Below are positions 1 through 13,949 of a stretch of DNA of 64,000 nt, in pieces. A model generated the notes under the pieces. That model saw only the letters and a list, made by a program, of their open reading frames with translations, searched no databases and was not told where the DNA came from. Position 1 is the stretch's first letter. Every line of letters begins with the position of its first letter. The stretch covers positions 1 through 64,000 of the forward strand of contig NIVC01003239.1 in the NCBI GenBank assembly GCA_002269645.1, written 5' to 3'. Source of the DNA: Macrostomum lignano (Eukaryota). The translations under genes and the position numbers were made by a program.

Positions 1-3000
1 GGGAGCTAGCTGTCAACAAAGAATGCACAAAATAGTAAGTCTCATGCGAGTTATGCAGATCTCATATTGAATCGGGAGCACTGAAAAGTTAAGAACTGCT
101 GGATGAAAGAAGACGCGCTGGCGAAATCCCAGTTTAGCGAGAAGCCAAGTGAAACGAATCAGTTAATTAAAGACTGGCGAGGGAACCACCTCAAAAGATT
201 CAACTGCAAAGCCTTTGCTCCACCAAGTCCAATTATTGCACGAGACAGAGAGAGGAAGAGAGCACGGGCGCAACTAAACGGAAAATGATGCACACGAGGC
301 AGCAAAGCGAGCAGAAGCAGAGAAGGCTTGGATCGAAAGCTTAACCCAAGAAATTAAATACCTAGATAGAGGCAACAGACGGCTAGCTTTCAAGTTATTT
401 GAGTTGAATGAAGAAACGGAAAGAAGGAAAGCAATGTTTAACACAAAATCTAGCTGATGAAAATGCTAACCCTGATAAAATACACTACTCACAGACCTAT
501 GGTACTTAGTTTAAAATTTGCATACGAATTTAGCGCTGCAGTGAGGGGCTGTAACTAAATATATATACAGGAGACTATACTTTGCTGCTTCCATTGCTTT
601 ATGAAAGAGATAGGAATGGGAAATAATCAGCTACCAAGCCCCGAGGCGATACAGTTGGTGATGGAAAGGTGTAAAAGTGCAATGATTGACAGTTTACTCT
701 CTAAATGGAGAAGCCCGCCAGCAGGAAAGAGAATAATTTTGATAGCAAAAGAGGGCGAAAACAGCCCACCCAGTGCCAATGTCTCCCTGCATTACGGCTG
801 TTTGCTATCAGCTAACTGTTGTGGAGGCAGCTCTACTCAGCTATAATGCTATTTACTCATCTCACACTGGCAATTCGGATATGCGATTAAGAAAGCTTTT
901 TCTGTCCACCATCGTGAGCTGTAACAGAAAAGCAGAACGAATTTTTTGGGGAAAAAAGTGTAAAAAATCCGGCAAAGAATGCAACTGTGTAAAACGGGAA
1001 ATGTAATGGGCAATTCACTAGAGCTGCACTATTGACGGATCTAGCCAAAAATTCTTGTTCCGGGTGAGAAAACAGGGCAGACAGTAACCTTACAATGTAG
1101 TATAGCTTTTGACAGCCTATCTGAGAATCCTCCATACGCTGCCTGCGAGGGGCCATGGCTGCATCTTCCTTTAGTCTATGGAACTGCATGGACCACAAAA
1201 GCCAAAAAATGATAAAAAATAGACCATTTCAAAGATCTTTTTGGAGTCCAATAAAAGTTGCGAAATACAAACACTACTTATAGTAACAAGCTAAGGAATC
1301 AAAACAATCATTCAATTTTTCAGCATCTAGACATAGGTCAGGCAATTTCAATAAAATTGGACATAATATACTACTGTTAGTGAGTATCAATATGATATAA
1401 ATTATGCTCAGAATTGTCAAGAATTGTCAACTGAATTTTAACTGTTAGCGTTAAAAGGATTTATTTACATAGTCAAAAACGAATTAGCTTGTATATTTGA
1501 ATTACTAAGATACCCTGGGTATTTAAGATAAGATTTAGATAAGATAAATTTAGTTTTTTTTATATCTTGCACTACTGCTATGATAAAGTCAATGGCAGGA
1601 GAGTAGTATATAATAATGATTGTAGAGCATTATATTACCATTCAGAACAATCTAACAATGCTATTCTATGCTATGCTATAGTTATACTTAAATTTTTACC
1701 ATTTTTAGCAATGATCAGATTTAGATACCAATATTACAAATAAGCTATGCTAGCAGATTGATATAAGATAGGAAACTAATACTAATAGTAGGAGTGCCAA
1801 GCCATTTTTTAATCTATTTTAAACCATTTTTACTCTACTAACCTAATACTTTGTACTATATTTGCCAAGCCTTCAAGCTTTAAATCATATTAGCACATTA
1901 TTAGTATTGTTGTTTGCCATTAGTTTGTTTATATTAACATATCTATATCATCTGATAGTTCACTCTTTGGTGGCCTATTCTAAATGTGATAATTAAACTA
2001 ACAATAAAATAAATTATTTAATAATCTATAGCCTAAGAATAAAATAAATAAGGTTTAATGTTATAATATTTGAATATTAGTCAGTTTAACAATACACTTT
2101 TATAATGCATAGGCCTTAAAGCAAAAGTTGGAAAAGCAATATATTATATACCTAAATTGTTAGGTAAGTCCACAGATACTATAACCATAGATAGTTCACT
2201 CTTGTTTAGATTTTTGCAACTACTCTTTGGTTAGTAGTGTGAATGAACATAGATGCATCAAATGATCTAAAAATAGGTAGCAAAAGTGATGTATTGTTGT
2301 TTTTGTGTCAGCTTAGTCACAAAATCATACCTACATATAAGCTTTCAAAACATCAAAGTTGAGTTCACTCCCATTTGTGTTGCAGACACACAAGCCTCTT
2401 TTGCAACTAAGTGCCAGATCAATGAATTCCAGTTGAAGCAGATGTTGCCATTCACTAGCAACCATATGGTTGCTAGGAAAAATATGTAACCAAATGGGTA
2501 TCACTTCATTTGATCTTATGAAAATTGAATTTTTGCACCTATAGGCACAGTAGTGCCAATTGCATCAAAATTCATTTTTGGAGCAACTAGCAATTTTTCT
2601 TGCCATTTGCATGCTGATGCTTATCCAAAGAGTAGACATTTTTTGAGCCATAGACTATAACACAAAAAATGGCTTAACTCAATGCAGAGTGAAATATATA
2701 GTGTTTTATTATCTGTGGGTAAGTCTCCTTATTTATTGGTATTAAAATTATAATCTTAATATTATTATTATGGAAGATCCAAAATTTCCCTCCCAATAGA
2801 AGAAGAATAGTAGTCTATAGTTTTAAATTATTTATATATTAGCTTAAATGCAATGCAAATGCAAATGCTATCCATGAGCATAATTTTAGCTAAGGCCTAT
2901 TATATAATATTGTTTAACACAAAATCTATCTAAAAAAATTTATTACAATTTCTAAATTCATCATATGATCAATAATCTTGTTTTCAGTCACATATTTTCT

Positions 3001-3168
3001 TACCTTTATAAATTTGTCTTTTAGGCTATATAAGCTGTTGAAACCCGCAGATTTTGAACCTGGGGAACTCCATTCTGTGGAATTATTTTTGCATGTTTTC
3101 TAAAATCTGAGGTCAAACTCAAACAAAAACTTGTTCATAGTTAGGATAGAGTTTAACATAAGAGTATA

Positions 3169-4485
3169 TGAGGGGTGATCAAAAAGTTCTGCAACCTTTT
3201 GTTATAGCTTTTAGTTATAGAATCGGCAAAAGCCAAAAACTTACACATATGCGGCTATATCTGTTTGCTATATTTATATGCATTTTTGGCTTCTAAATGT
3301 GCTCCAGTAAAATTTCACAGCCATATATTTTCCATGTGTTTTCAGTAGCTGATGGAAACATTAAAAGACAGTGTTCGCTTCTATATCTTTATGTGCATGC
3401 AACTTGGTTGCAAAGTGACTGAGATTCATACCAATCTGGTGAATGTTTTAGCTGACTCTGCTCCATCATTTGACATGGTTGCCCACTGGCTGCACCATTT
3501 CTTGGAAGGCTGGGACAGCTTCAACAATGAACCGAGGTCTGGCCAACCCCGGACATCCGTGACCGAAGATGGTGTCGCCCATGCCAATGCAATAATTTGT
3601 AAGGATTGGAGCATTATGCTGAGATTCCTTGCCTATGAGCTGGGTTTCAGCTATGGAAGTGCTTATAACATCATGCATGAGCAACTAGGCCGCACAAAGA
3701 CCTGCACTTGGTGGGTACCCCATCTTCTCACTCTGGAGTAGCAAGCAGAGAGGGTGCACATCTGTTGCTTGTGGGTGCAAATGTTTGAGCCCCACAGCCC
3801 ACAACGACTGTCGGATGTCATCACAGGAGACGAATGTTAGATCTCTTTCTTTTACCATGAAGGATAAACAGTCCAACATGGTCTGGCTGGCAAAAGATGA
3901 GCCAAGGCCTGAGGTGCTGAAGACCAGATTCCATAGTCAGAAGTGGATGTTCACCATTTTTTTCAACTTTCAGGGTGTTGTATTGGTGAACATCCTTCCA
4001 GCGGGTGCCACAGTGACTGCCAGGTACTACACAGACATTGCTCTGCCAGGCGTGCTGCAGGAGTAGCAGGAACGTGTGCAAACTAGGCATGGACCTCGAC
4101 TCCTACTGCACCATGACAATGCGGCACCGCACAGAGCGGCCTGAACTATGGCGTACCTGGAGCAGCAGGGGGTCTGGCTGCTTCCCTATCTATCCTACTC
4201 TCCAGACCTAGCACTGTGACTTTTGGCTATTCCTGAGTATCAAATCCATCATTTCTGGGAGGCTGTTTTCATGCATGCAAGACCTTGCCCAAGCGGTACA
4301 TTCAGCTCTACAGGGTATACCAACTTTGGAGTACCATGACTGCTTTCAGACATGGTGCACACACATGCGACAGTGCATAGATGGTGGTAGAAAGTACTTT
4401 GAGAGAATGTGACACTGATTAGATGCCTTGGCTGCTGTAGCACTGAGTTGTGAGGTCACTTGCAGAACTTTTTTATCACCCCTTG
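3169..4485 (+). mobile_element. Mariner (Tc1/mariner, D,D34D) DNA transposon, full length, decayed
   Basis: 26-bp TIRs tgaggggtgatcaaaaagttctgcaa (3169-3194) and its near-inverse (4460-4485). TA duplication at 3167-3168 and 4486-4487. About 1.3 kb, with a transposase remnant inside. Confidence 0.95.
3352..4400 (+). pseudogene. Mariner transposase pseudogene (stops and frameshifts)
   Basis: EPRSGQP, WVPHLL, TGDE, HDNA and YSPDL motifs. 34 residues lie between the HDNA Asp and the (P)CDF Asp after allowing for a small deletion. In-frame TAG/TGA stops. The 3' end is approximate. Confidence 0.9.
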
Positions 4486-4589
4486 TACATTTGTATAAAA
4501 TTAGGATTTGAAGCAAGCATTGATATTGTTGGCTGGGGTGCTGCACAGAATGTCAGGCAAACTCTGGCTTCTACCTCTGCCTCTCCCTA

Positions 4590-6010
4590 TGTCCCTTGGA
4601 TCCTTTGAAACCTTTATCTTCTTTTTTGTTTCCTATCTTCTCTCTCGTCTTTTGTCTCTTCTCTTGCTCCTCTCCTATATTCTCTCTGGTCTCTCATGTC
4701 CACTTTTATCTCTTCTCATTTTTCTCTGCTCTTTACTCTTTCTTCTCTCTGCTCTCTACTCTCTCTTCCCTCTCCCCTCTTCTCACTCCTTACTCTACCC
4801 TCTCTCAACACTTCCCTCATCTCTCCTCTCTCCTTTTTCCTCTCTTCTCTCAACTCTCTCCTTTTCTCTGTCTACTCCATCCTCTCATCTCTCTGCTCTC
4901 TCCTGTCTTATCTCTCTTCTCTCTAATCTCTCCCCTCTTTCCTCTCCTCTCCTCCTTTTCACCAATTTCCCCCGTCCTCTCGATTCTCTCCCCTCCCCTC
5001 CTCTCTCCTCACTCACTTCTCATCTCTCCCTTGTCTCCACCTCTCATATCCTTTTTTATCTCTCCTCTTCTCTCTACTCTCCCATCTCTCATCTGTTTAC
5101 TCTTGTTTCTGCTCTCTCATCTCCCTTCTCTCATCTGTCATCTTTACTTTCATATTTTCTCTCATCTCTCTCCTCTTGTACTCTTCTCTTTCCCCTTTTG
5201 ACTTGACTCTTTCCTTTCTTCTTTCTTCTTGTCTCTTCTCTTCTCTCTTCTATACTCTCTCCCTCTTGTCTTCTCTCTTCTCTCCATTCTCCTCTCTCCT
5301 CTCATATATTGTCTATTCACTCTGATCTTTGCTCTCTCATTCCCCTCTCTCTCCTGTCATCTCTACTCTCCTCTCTCCTGTGTACTCTTCTCTTTCCCCT
5401 CTTCTGACTCCTCTCTTTCCTTACTCCTCTCTTCTCTTCCCTCTTCTATACTCTCCCCTCTATTATATTCTATTGTCTCTCTGCACTCTGCTCTCTCTTC
5501 TTCATCTCCTATCTCTACTCTCTCATCTTTCCTTTTATTTCTCTCATCTCTACAATCTCATATTTTTCCTCTCTCCTCTTCCCTTTACTCTATCATCTCT
5601 CCTTTCTCCTCTCTTCTTTCTCAACTCTCTCTCTTTCATCTCTTATCTCCTCTCATCTCTTATCTCCTCTCCTCTCTTATCTCCTCTCATCTCTTATCTC
5701 CTCTTTTCTCACTCCTCTCTCCCCCTCTTATCTATCCTTTCTAATCTCTCCTCTCAATCCTCTCTCATCTGCCTCTCTGTTCTCTTATCTCTCATCTCTT
5801 CTCACTTTTCTCTACTCTCCTCTCTCATCGATCCTCTGTCTCATCTATCTCTCCCTCTTCTTTCTCAGTCTCCTCACCTCTACTCTTTCCTCTCCCTCCT
5901 CTCTCCCCTCCTCTTGCTTCTTCCTCCCATATTCTCTGCTCTCTCCTCACCTCCTCGTTTCTCCTGTTATCTTCTATCTTTTCTCTCATCTCCCTCTCAC
6001 CTCTTCTCTC
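4590..6010. repeat. Degenerate CT-rich low-complexity tract
   Basis: About 1.4 kb almost entirely of C/T (tctc/ctct). The Leu/Ser-rich ORFs here are artefacts. Confidence 0.9.
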
Positions 6011-6373
6011 TTGATCCCTGCTTCGAAAGCCAGTTTGTAGGACATAGTCACGTAGTACTATCATGGTTGTTATCATTTCTCATGCTTTAATCACATTATC
6101 TTTCTGTCTGGCCAATTAGCAGCCCTGAGACTCTGAGAGAAATTTGTGTATCTCCAGATCCACCACCATAGTCTGCAGCAGTCTAACAACCAAGGAAATA
6201 TAATATGCATTTCTTAGGTTAGGAGCCATTTAAATTTTAAATTTTAACCTTATGCAAAACTTAATGTTAAAATTTTCATGGTGTAACTAATTTAGTAGGA
6301 TTGCATTGTAATCAGTTATTCATTAATTTTTTAAAATTTTTACAAACCATCTCGCATTGCCTTGATTTGACAT

Positions 6374-7057
6374 TAGGGATTACAATCCCGGGATCCCGGA
6401 CACTTTTTGGCCTGACAAAATCTCAGGATTAAGGGCTTGGGATCCCAGGATTGGAAACTTTTTTGATAAAGTGGGTGATATCCAGGAAATATCAAAATGT
6501 TTTTATTTTAAATACATTACACAAGTAACATTCGCGCGTCATGATTGTGACGTGACTCCCAATTCTCAAATCGTGATTCATGATATAATACAAATTATAC
6601 AATACATACAATACATACAAGTCTCAAACTTGTGTTGTGTTTATATATTTGATTACTTGTGTTACTTATGTAACTTATGTTATATATATAAAAGCATTGA
6701 AAAATGACTGGGAGATAATTTTGCATGCATGTATTCATATTTTTTTATATAGTAGTGTAATAGTATTATAGTATAGTAGTAGTATAGTATAATAGTAGTA
6801 TAGTATATATCATATATATTGTATATCATATATATCTTATATAGTATGGTAGTAATATATATGTACAGAATGCATTCTTAATTTCTTACATATACATGGG
6901 CATTAGTTGATGAAAAATTTGAAGCAGGTTTTCTGGCATTCTATTGGCAAAAATATTTAAAATGTCAATCCTGGGATTGAGTTTGGGATCCCAGGATTGA
7001 GTCATTTCTTTGTCTGGGATCCCAGGATTGTAGAACAGCCGGGATTTGCAATCCCTA
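6374..7057. mobile_element. hAT-like MITE
   Basis: Termini tagggattacaatcccggg ... ccgggatttgcaatcccta, with internal gggatccc(a/g)gga subterminal repeats. 8-bp flanks tttgacat / tttgctgt fit a decayed TSD (one CpG site changed in both directions). Confidence 0.75.
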
Positions 7058-7399
7058 TTTGCTGTCCTTGTTTAACTACTGCAGACTTGTCTATACAGAG
7101 GACAGTGGTTTGAATCTTTTGGTAAACTCTCCTCTCCACGTCTCTCCACTTGCGGGGATACAGAGAAGGCCATTAAAAAGTTATTCCAAAATACTTTACA
7201 TTTACTATGTTCATTGAGCCCTATTGCCTAATCCTTTGTCTGGGGAAATGAGTTGGATGAGTGGCACAAACAATAGAAAAGCAGACAAACTTCACATGCT
7301 TACAGTTTCTGTCCTGATTGAGATACAATATTGAGACTTTACATTTAGACAGAGAATGGGTCAATAAAGAATTGTGTCAAATCGCTTTACCTGGAGCAA

Positions 7400-7881
7400 A
7401 CTTATAGCAGCCAAAAGTTAGTCATTTTAAAACCTATTTACACCCTTTGCTCAGATTGGGAAAGAGAGGCAGGCGGGCAGAGGTTGGGGTGGCTTTCTCG
7501 CTGACAAAAAACAGCCTAACTTTAAAAGTACACAGCGCCATTTAGGATTAACTTTGAGACTCTAAATTTTATATGATTGTGCCAAAATTTAAAGATTATC
7601 TTTATCTGTGTCAAATTTGAAGAGAATTGGTAGAAGTGGAGCGGCACTATGGAGGATTTAGTGAAAAAATTGCACATTTTGAGCATTTGCACATTTTTGT
7701 ACTTTTAGGTAGGAAAACTTAAGTCTAGGAAATTTAAAGGTAGCCTAAGACATTCTCCGTAGTAAGTTTAGGGTGGGTGTAAAGTTTGGTGTCATTTGGT
7801 TGAGAGGTTTGGGAGTCCATAGCAATCAAAATTGTACACAAAATAGACAGACAGAGTTTTGACTTTTATATGTAGAGATAG
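7400..7881 (+). mobile_element. Putative non-autonomous Helitron-like element
   Basis: Blocks aaatttgaagagaattgg and tgtaaagtttgg...ggtttgggagtccatagc, then a short (CAGA) tract and gacttttatatgtagagat. This matches the 3' layout I recall for invertebrate non-autonomous Helitrons. Boundaries are approximate. Confidence 0.4.
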
Positions 7882-8468
7882 CTAAAAGTTCTCTTTTTGG
7901 CCAATAGTCTAATGGTTTTGTAGTTAGATAGTTGTATAACTATATAATTATATATTTATAGCCATGTCTAAATTTTTCTTAGCTTATTTGTATTCAATAT
8001 TTATATCTACAGTATATAATTTTCTAGCTTTCTATAGGCTAAACTTAATGGTTTTAACTCCTACTATCCTAATTATATAATGTTATATATGACAAAATCT
8101 ATTGCTTAAGTCTTTAACATTGGCCTCTATCATTCTAACCATACAATATATAGGCTTACATGACATTTTGTTGACTACACCTATTTTTATATGTGCATAT
8201 TTTCCCAGAATAAAATGTACAAATGATACTATAAAGTAGATTTAGTTGAGTAGCTACAAGGGATATCCCAAAAGTCAGTGCACTTTTTTCATTACAGCCT
8301 TTTCTAACCAATTAGAAATATTTAGTTTATAGCAGTTGAAAAGAGAATTATCTGCCATTAAAAAGACTTTTTATTTTTTCAGTATCTGCTAGCATTCTTG
8401 AGATATGAACACTTTTCTTCCCTCATTCCATGCTACTTTTACAAATTGCTATAGACTAAGACTTTGTA

Positions 8469-9238
8469 CCTAATGCATGAAACAACAAAACATTCAACAA
8501 ATCAACAAAATATCTGCAACATGAAAGCTGAGAAAAGAACAGTCAAAAGTTAATTATCAACATTTGTTATCCTAAGGCTTCTCTATACAGTCATCACTGT
8601 GCTGCATACACTTCTATCATTGGCTATGCATGCCATCAATGTCATCAGCAATGACATTGACAAATTCAGGAATTGCTTGACACTGATGCCAGACTGACAG
8701 TTTGTGAGATTGTAGACATGCTTGGCAGTCCAAAGTTCACTGTTCACTCAGTCACTTTGCAATGACTGAGGAGTTGGAACTGTCAAATATCTCAGCCTAC
8801 TAGGTATTGTGGCTCCATACCTTTGCACAATGACAATGCATATCCCCACATGGCCAAGAATATATAGAGACGATTGAGCAGGCAAATTTTGTGCTGCTTT
8901 CATACCTATCCCTACTCTCCTGATTTGTCATTAATTGACTTTGCTATCTTTGCAAAGATGAAAAAGCTGCTGCGTGGACAAATCTTGCTTGTTGTGGGAG
9001 CCTAGAAGCATTGACTTGCCAAGTTTTCTTTCATGAGATGCCAGACTCAGATTTTGCTGATGACATTGACAATATATATAGCCAATGCAGAAGTGTATAT
9101 AGCACAGTGATGACTATGTGGAGAAGCCTCAGGACAATGTTGATTATTATTGATTAACTTTTGACTAGTCTTTCCTTAGCTTTCATGTTGCAGATGTTTT
9201 GTTGATTCATTGAATGTTTTGTTGTTTTGTGCATCAGG
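8469..9238 (+). mobile_element. Internally deleted mariner derivative with long (~85-bp) TIRs
   Basis: cctaatgcatgaaacaacaaaacattc... is inverted at 9150-9238. TA TSD at 8467-8468 and 9239-9240. Internal remnant encodes LHNDNAYPH and YPYSPDL (~8820-8930). Confidence 0.85.
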
Positions 9239-9509
9239 TAAAGTCTTAGGGTAATGTATAGGGGGCAACCCAGTCCCAGGCCCGGGCCAAAAAGTCAGGA
9301 ATCCCGACCAAAATCATGGCCTGACCCGGGCCCAGGCCCAACCCTAAAAAAGTCAGGAAATTGGGACAAGTCTTTTTTCCCTAAAGGCACTAACTGCATG
9401 CGAATATTTGGGTATTAAGTCTTGTAATGTAACTCTTGTCTATTGTTAAGTCTTAACTAATGTATTAAATAATAATAATAATATTTATTATATATTTAAT
9501 AGTAATCCA

Positions 9510-9792
9510 TGTTGAAATTTGCTTCTTTTAATTAAGTATATTTTATCAGTTTTAACAAAAAATACAGAAGATGAAAAATTGAGCAGTTTGGGAGGGCACT
9601 TAAAGTATTAGCGTATTTGCAATATGAACTAACAACCATAGATACATTGGTACGATACTGTATTGGATATTTATTGAACTTTCTAGAAAGGGATTTGCAC
9701 AGCGATTTGCATTAACAATATTAATCAATATTATGTATCTGACAATTACTATATAAAGTACTAAAAGTATGAGCTATATACTATAAACAACA
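9510..9792 (-). repeat. 3' LTR of copia element (283 bp)
   Basis: Direct repeat of 13950-14247, with TG/CA ends. Confidence 0.95.
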
Positions 9793-9953
9793 CTCCTACT
9801 AAATTGTCAGAAACTTATCATTGGAAGATTTAAGTTAATTGCGGTAGATTACTCAGTAGTCTCTGATATTAAAAATGGATGACAATGACATTAGTTACTT
9901 CAGTTACTCCAGTTACTTCAATTCATATCCATACACTTAATACCAAGCATTGA

Positions 9954-12900
9954 TCACAGATTTTCAAACTGATGCCTGGGAATTGGCTTTGTCAGAATGT
10001 CCGCCAGCATTTCCTTTGTTGGACAGTATTCCAGTTTCACAGTACCAGCTTGAATAGCATCTCGAATAAAATGATAGCAGATGTCAATATGCTTTGTCCG
10101 CTTGTGTCGAATCAGATTTTTTGACATTGCAATGGCTCCTTGATTGTCTTCCTTAATTACAGTTGACCCAGTGACATTGGCACCCAAATTGCTTACAAGT
10201 CGACGAAGCCATATTGCCTCCTGTGTCGCAGATGCAAGGGCCATGTACTCAGCTTCTGTCATTGACAATGCCACCGTGGTTTGCTTTTGACTTAACCATG
10301 TTATTGCTCCACTGGCCATAATGAAGACACTTCCAGTGACTGAGCGTCTGCTATCCAAGTCCGACACCCAATCAGCGTCTGAGTAGCCAATGATCTCGTT
10401 ACTTCCAGACTTCTCATATTTTAGAATGACGTCTGATGAGCCTTTCAGGTATTGAAGAATTCTCTTGGCAGCGGTGAGATGAGCCTCAATTGGTTTGGAA
10501 TTGAATTTTGATACTGCTCCTACTGCTTGAGCAATGCCTGGCCGTGTAGCGATTGCTGTGTACAATAGGCTGCCTACAATTGATTGATAGGCCTTTGGAT
10601 CCACGAATTTGCTGTAGCCATTGTTTTCAACAAGCTTGACACTTGAATCCATTGGAGTTGTGGCTGGGTTTGCTTCCAACATTTTAAACTTCTTCAGTAG
10701 TTGCATAATGTATTGCTTCTGATGAAGTTGAAGAAATCGTCTCTCTGAGTCAATCACTATTGTCACTCCTAAATAGTAATGAAGCTCTCCCATATCTTTC
10801 ATCTTGAATCATCAAGTGAATTCCTCCTTGATACTCTGCATTTCATCCATAGTATCAGTAGTCATCACCAAGTCGTCAACATAAACCGCAATGATTGACA
10901 TGTTTCCAAGTTTGCGAGTGAACACACATGGGTCTGCTCCATTTTCCTTGAATCCAATCAAGATTAGGTAATCACAGAGGGCCTTGTTCCAACACCGGGG
11001 TGATTGCTTTAGACCATATAGCGATCTTTTCAGCTTGCAGACTAAATTGAGGTGGTTGATCCATGAAGATTTCTTCTGTTAAATGTCCATTTAGAAATGC
11101 AGTGACCAGATCCATTTGATGAATGTGCATTTCTCGTTGAGTTGTAAATGCCAGTATAGTATGGATTGATGAGAATCTTACCACAGAAGAAAATGTCTAA
11201 TCATAATCCACTCCAGGTTGTTAAGAATACCTTTGGCAACCAGGCATCCTTTGAATTGTTCAATGTTTCCGCAGCTGTCATGCTTCACTTTGAATACCCA
11301 CTTGCAGCCAACAGTCTTTCGTCCTTCTGGAAGAGAAACTAATTCCCACGTATCATTTTCTATCAGAGAGTTGTATTCCGAGTCTGTTGCTTCTTTCCAT
11401 TCCTTCGCATTATCACAACTCTAAGCCTCATCAATTGATCTGGGTTCCAAAATCTCCATGGCTGGAAAAGCACAATGTTGTGGCTCTGTTGTACTTAGGC
11501 TAGCTACTTTGAAGTTCTCATTGTATTGAAAACGCTCTGGGGTTTTCTTTTGTTGCGTGGTCATTGGCAGAATTTGTTGGATTTCAGTTTCAATTTCTTC
11601 ATTCGGAGTTGTTTGGCTGTTGTGCTTGTCGAGGTTCTTTTCATTGTTCTGCTAGAAATCATTCAACTTTCCGAAGTCTCCTCATTGAAGATGACATCTT
11701 AACAAACAACTGTTTTCCTAGTTCTTTTGTCAAACAATCTGTAGCCCTTTTGATTGTCACTATAGCCAACGAACCTAAGCTTGGTAGTCTTCTTATCAAG
11801 TTTTTGTCTCTCTACTGTAGGAATGTGAGCATAAGCTACACAGCCAAACGTTCGAAGGTGTGAGATGTTTGGCTTTTGTCCATACCATCTTTTGTAGGGT
11901 GTCATCATTGGTGCTACTGAGTTTGTCGGGACTCTGTTGTGGATATACATGGCTGTGTTAATGGCTTCTACCCAATAAACATTGCTAAGACCAGCATGAG
12001 TTATCATTGTTCTAGCAGATTCAATGAGAGTATGGTTCATTGTTTCAGCAACACTGTTCTGTTCTAGTGTGTGGGCAACCGAAATTTCATGTCGAATTCC
12101 TTTTGCAAGTAAAAATGCAGAAAATTCTTTAGACATATACTCTCCTCCACTATCAGTTTGGAGAACTTTTATTGTTTTTTCAGTCTCATTAGTCACCTGC
12201 GCTTTGAATTCCTTAAACTTCTGGAAGACTTCAGACTTAGTCTTCAGAAAATAGACCTTCACAATGTGAGAGAAGCCATTAGTGAAATTCGCAAAAAATC
12301 AATTCCCGCCAAACGACTATGTCTGCATTGGTCCACAAATGTCACTGTGCACAAGTTGCAGTACTTCTGATGAGCAAATTTCTCCCACTGATTTGTGATT
12401 CTTTCAATGTGTCTTTCCTTCAATGCACACTTCACAGAAATTCATATCACTCACAATGGAAGTGTCAGTACCCTCGACGTACCTTTTCTTGAATAGTTGT
12501 TCGAGTTGATTTCTGTGAAGATGTCCTAGACGTTGATGCCATAAATTGGCAGTTTTGAGCTCTGACTTTGTAGTCCTTACTGCAGCTGTAGCTAAGTTGC
12601 AATCTACATCACACTCAAGTTGGTACAATTGATCAACTAGTGTTCCAAAGCCTACTAGCTTCCCTGTTTGGTTTCAAATCCAGCACCTAGTGTGACCAAA
12701 CTGAATGACATTGTTCTTAAGTGTAGCCGCACATACACTGAACAGATTGCAGGCTAGTCTAGGTACGAAAAGTACAGATCCAAGTACTACATTAGAACAC
12801 TCACCACCAGGGAATCTCGTGACGATGTCCACTCATCCAGTTCTGTAAGCTTGAACTGTTTGCCCGTCTCTGAGCCTTACATTTTCTGGTTCATCAAATT

Positions 12901-13834
12901 CAATGTAGTCTTTTAGAGCATTCCTTTGACAGGTCATTTGTCTTGTCGCACCAGAGTCAATTATCCACCGTGCAGTTCTGTCCTGAGGACCAGTTTCTTC
13001 AGAGGTAAGAAATGTAGTGGCACTATCGGCTGTCTCATTGTCCAGGTTTGGATTCGAATGACTCGTACTTTCTGCAGTTTTGGCTTTATGCAGAGTTGAT
13101 TTTGAGTTTTGCTGCCTGTTGCTCACATTGAACCTGCACTCTCTACTGAAGTGTCCTTCCTTGCCACATGTGTAGCACTTAATTGGTCTGCGTCCCTTAA
13201 ATTTGTCAACACGAAGAGCAGATTCCAAATCACGGGATTTGTATTTCATAGTTTCACTTCGTTTCATTTCTTCATTAAGCAGTGCTTGTTGAACCGTCAG
13301 CAAAGTTAGCTCCTCTTCCTTTCGGGTCTCCAGAGCCGTAACCAGATGACTGTAGCTGTCAAGTAGACTGCTAAGAAGAATCACAACCTGGTCTTCGTCA
13401 GACACAGCAGCATTAATGGACGCCAGCTTGTCAGTTAACTCCTTCAGACAGCAAATGTGCTCTTGAACTGGAGTCCCATCAGTCATTTGCAATCTAAATA
13501 GTTTTTTCTTCAAAAACAACATGTTGGCAGTTGAGTCACATTCAAAATGACCACATAAAATTTGCCACATCTGCTTCGGATCATCATTGCATGTAGTCAC
13601 AAGGTAGATGTACTCACTGCTGAGAGACAGAACTATCATTGCTGCTGCTTGCTGTTGCTGTTCCTTGAATTCATTGCGTCATGCTTCATTTGCGTCTTGC
13701 TGAAGAATATCTTCTCCAGTAGCTATGCCCTAGAGTCTTCTTGCAATTAAGCAATGTTTCATTTGGATTTTCCATGTCATCCAATTGTCCTTTGTGAGCT
13801 TCTCTATGTGCCATTTTTCTTTGCTTGCAGCCAT
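9954..13834 (-). pseudogene. Copia gag-pol polyprotein pseudogene
   Basis: Gag zinc knuckle CYTCGKEGHFSREC, protease WIIDSGAT, GAG-pre-integrase WHQRLGH, integrase QTDSGGEY, RT VYVDD, RNase H GYSDADW and HIDICYHFIRD. Broken into several ORFs by stops and frameshifts. Confidence 0.92.
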
Positions 13835-13949
13835 AGCAACGTAACTGATCGACTGAGCGATCAAGTTTCCAGATGGCACAAAGAACCAGATTACCAGAAT
13901 GATCTAGAACATTGAAGTACTCGCAGTGGCCTCGGCTGGGCCCATAACC

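Noticed and set aside
1-1200. Short ORFs, possibly a decayed retroelement fragment
   Set aside because: No recognisable domain or structural boundary.
2200-2470. Possible hAT transposase remnant on the minus strand (LQLEFIDL)
   Set aside because: Only one short motif, with no termini or further domain support.
4508-6090. Leu/Ser-rich ORFs resembling membrane proteins
   Set aside because: Artefacts of CT low-complexity sequence.
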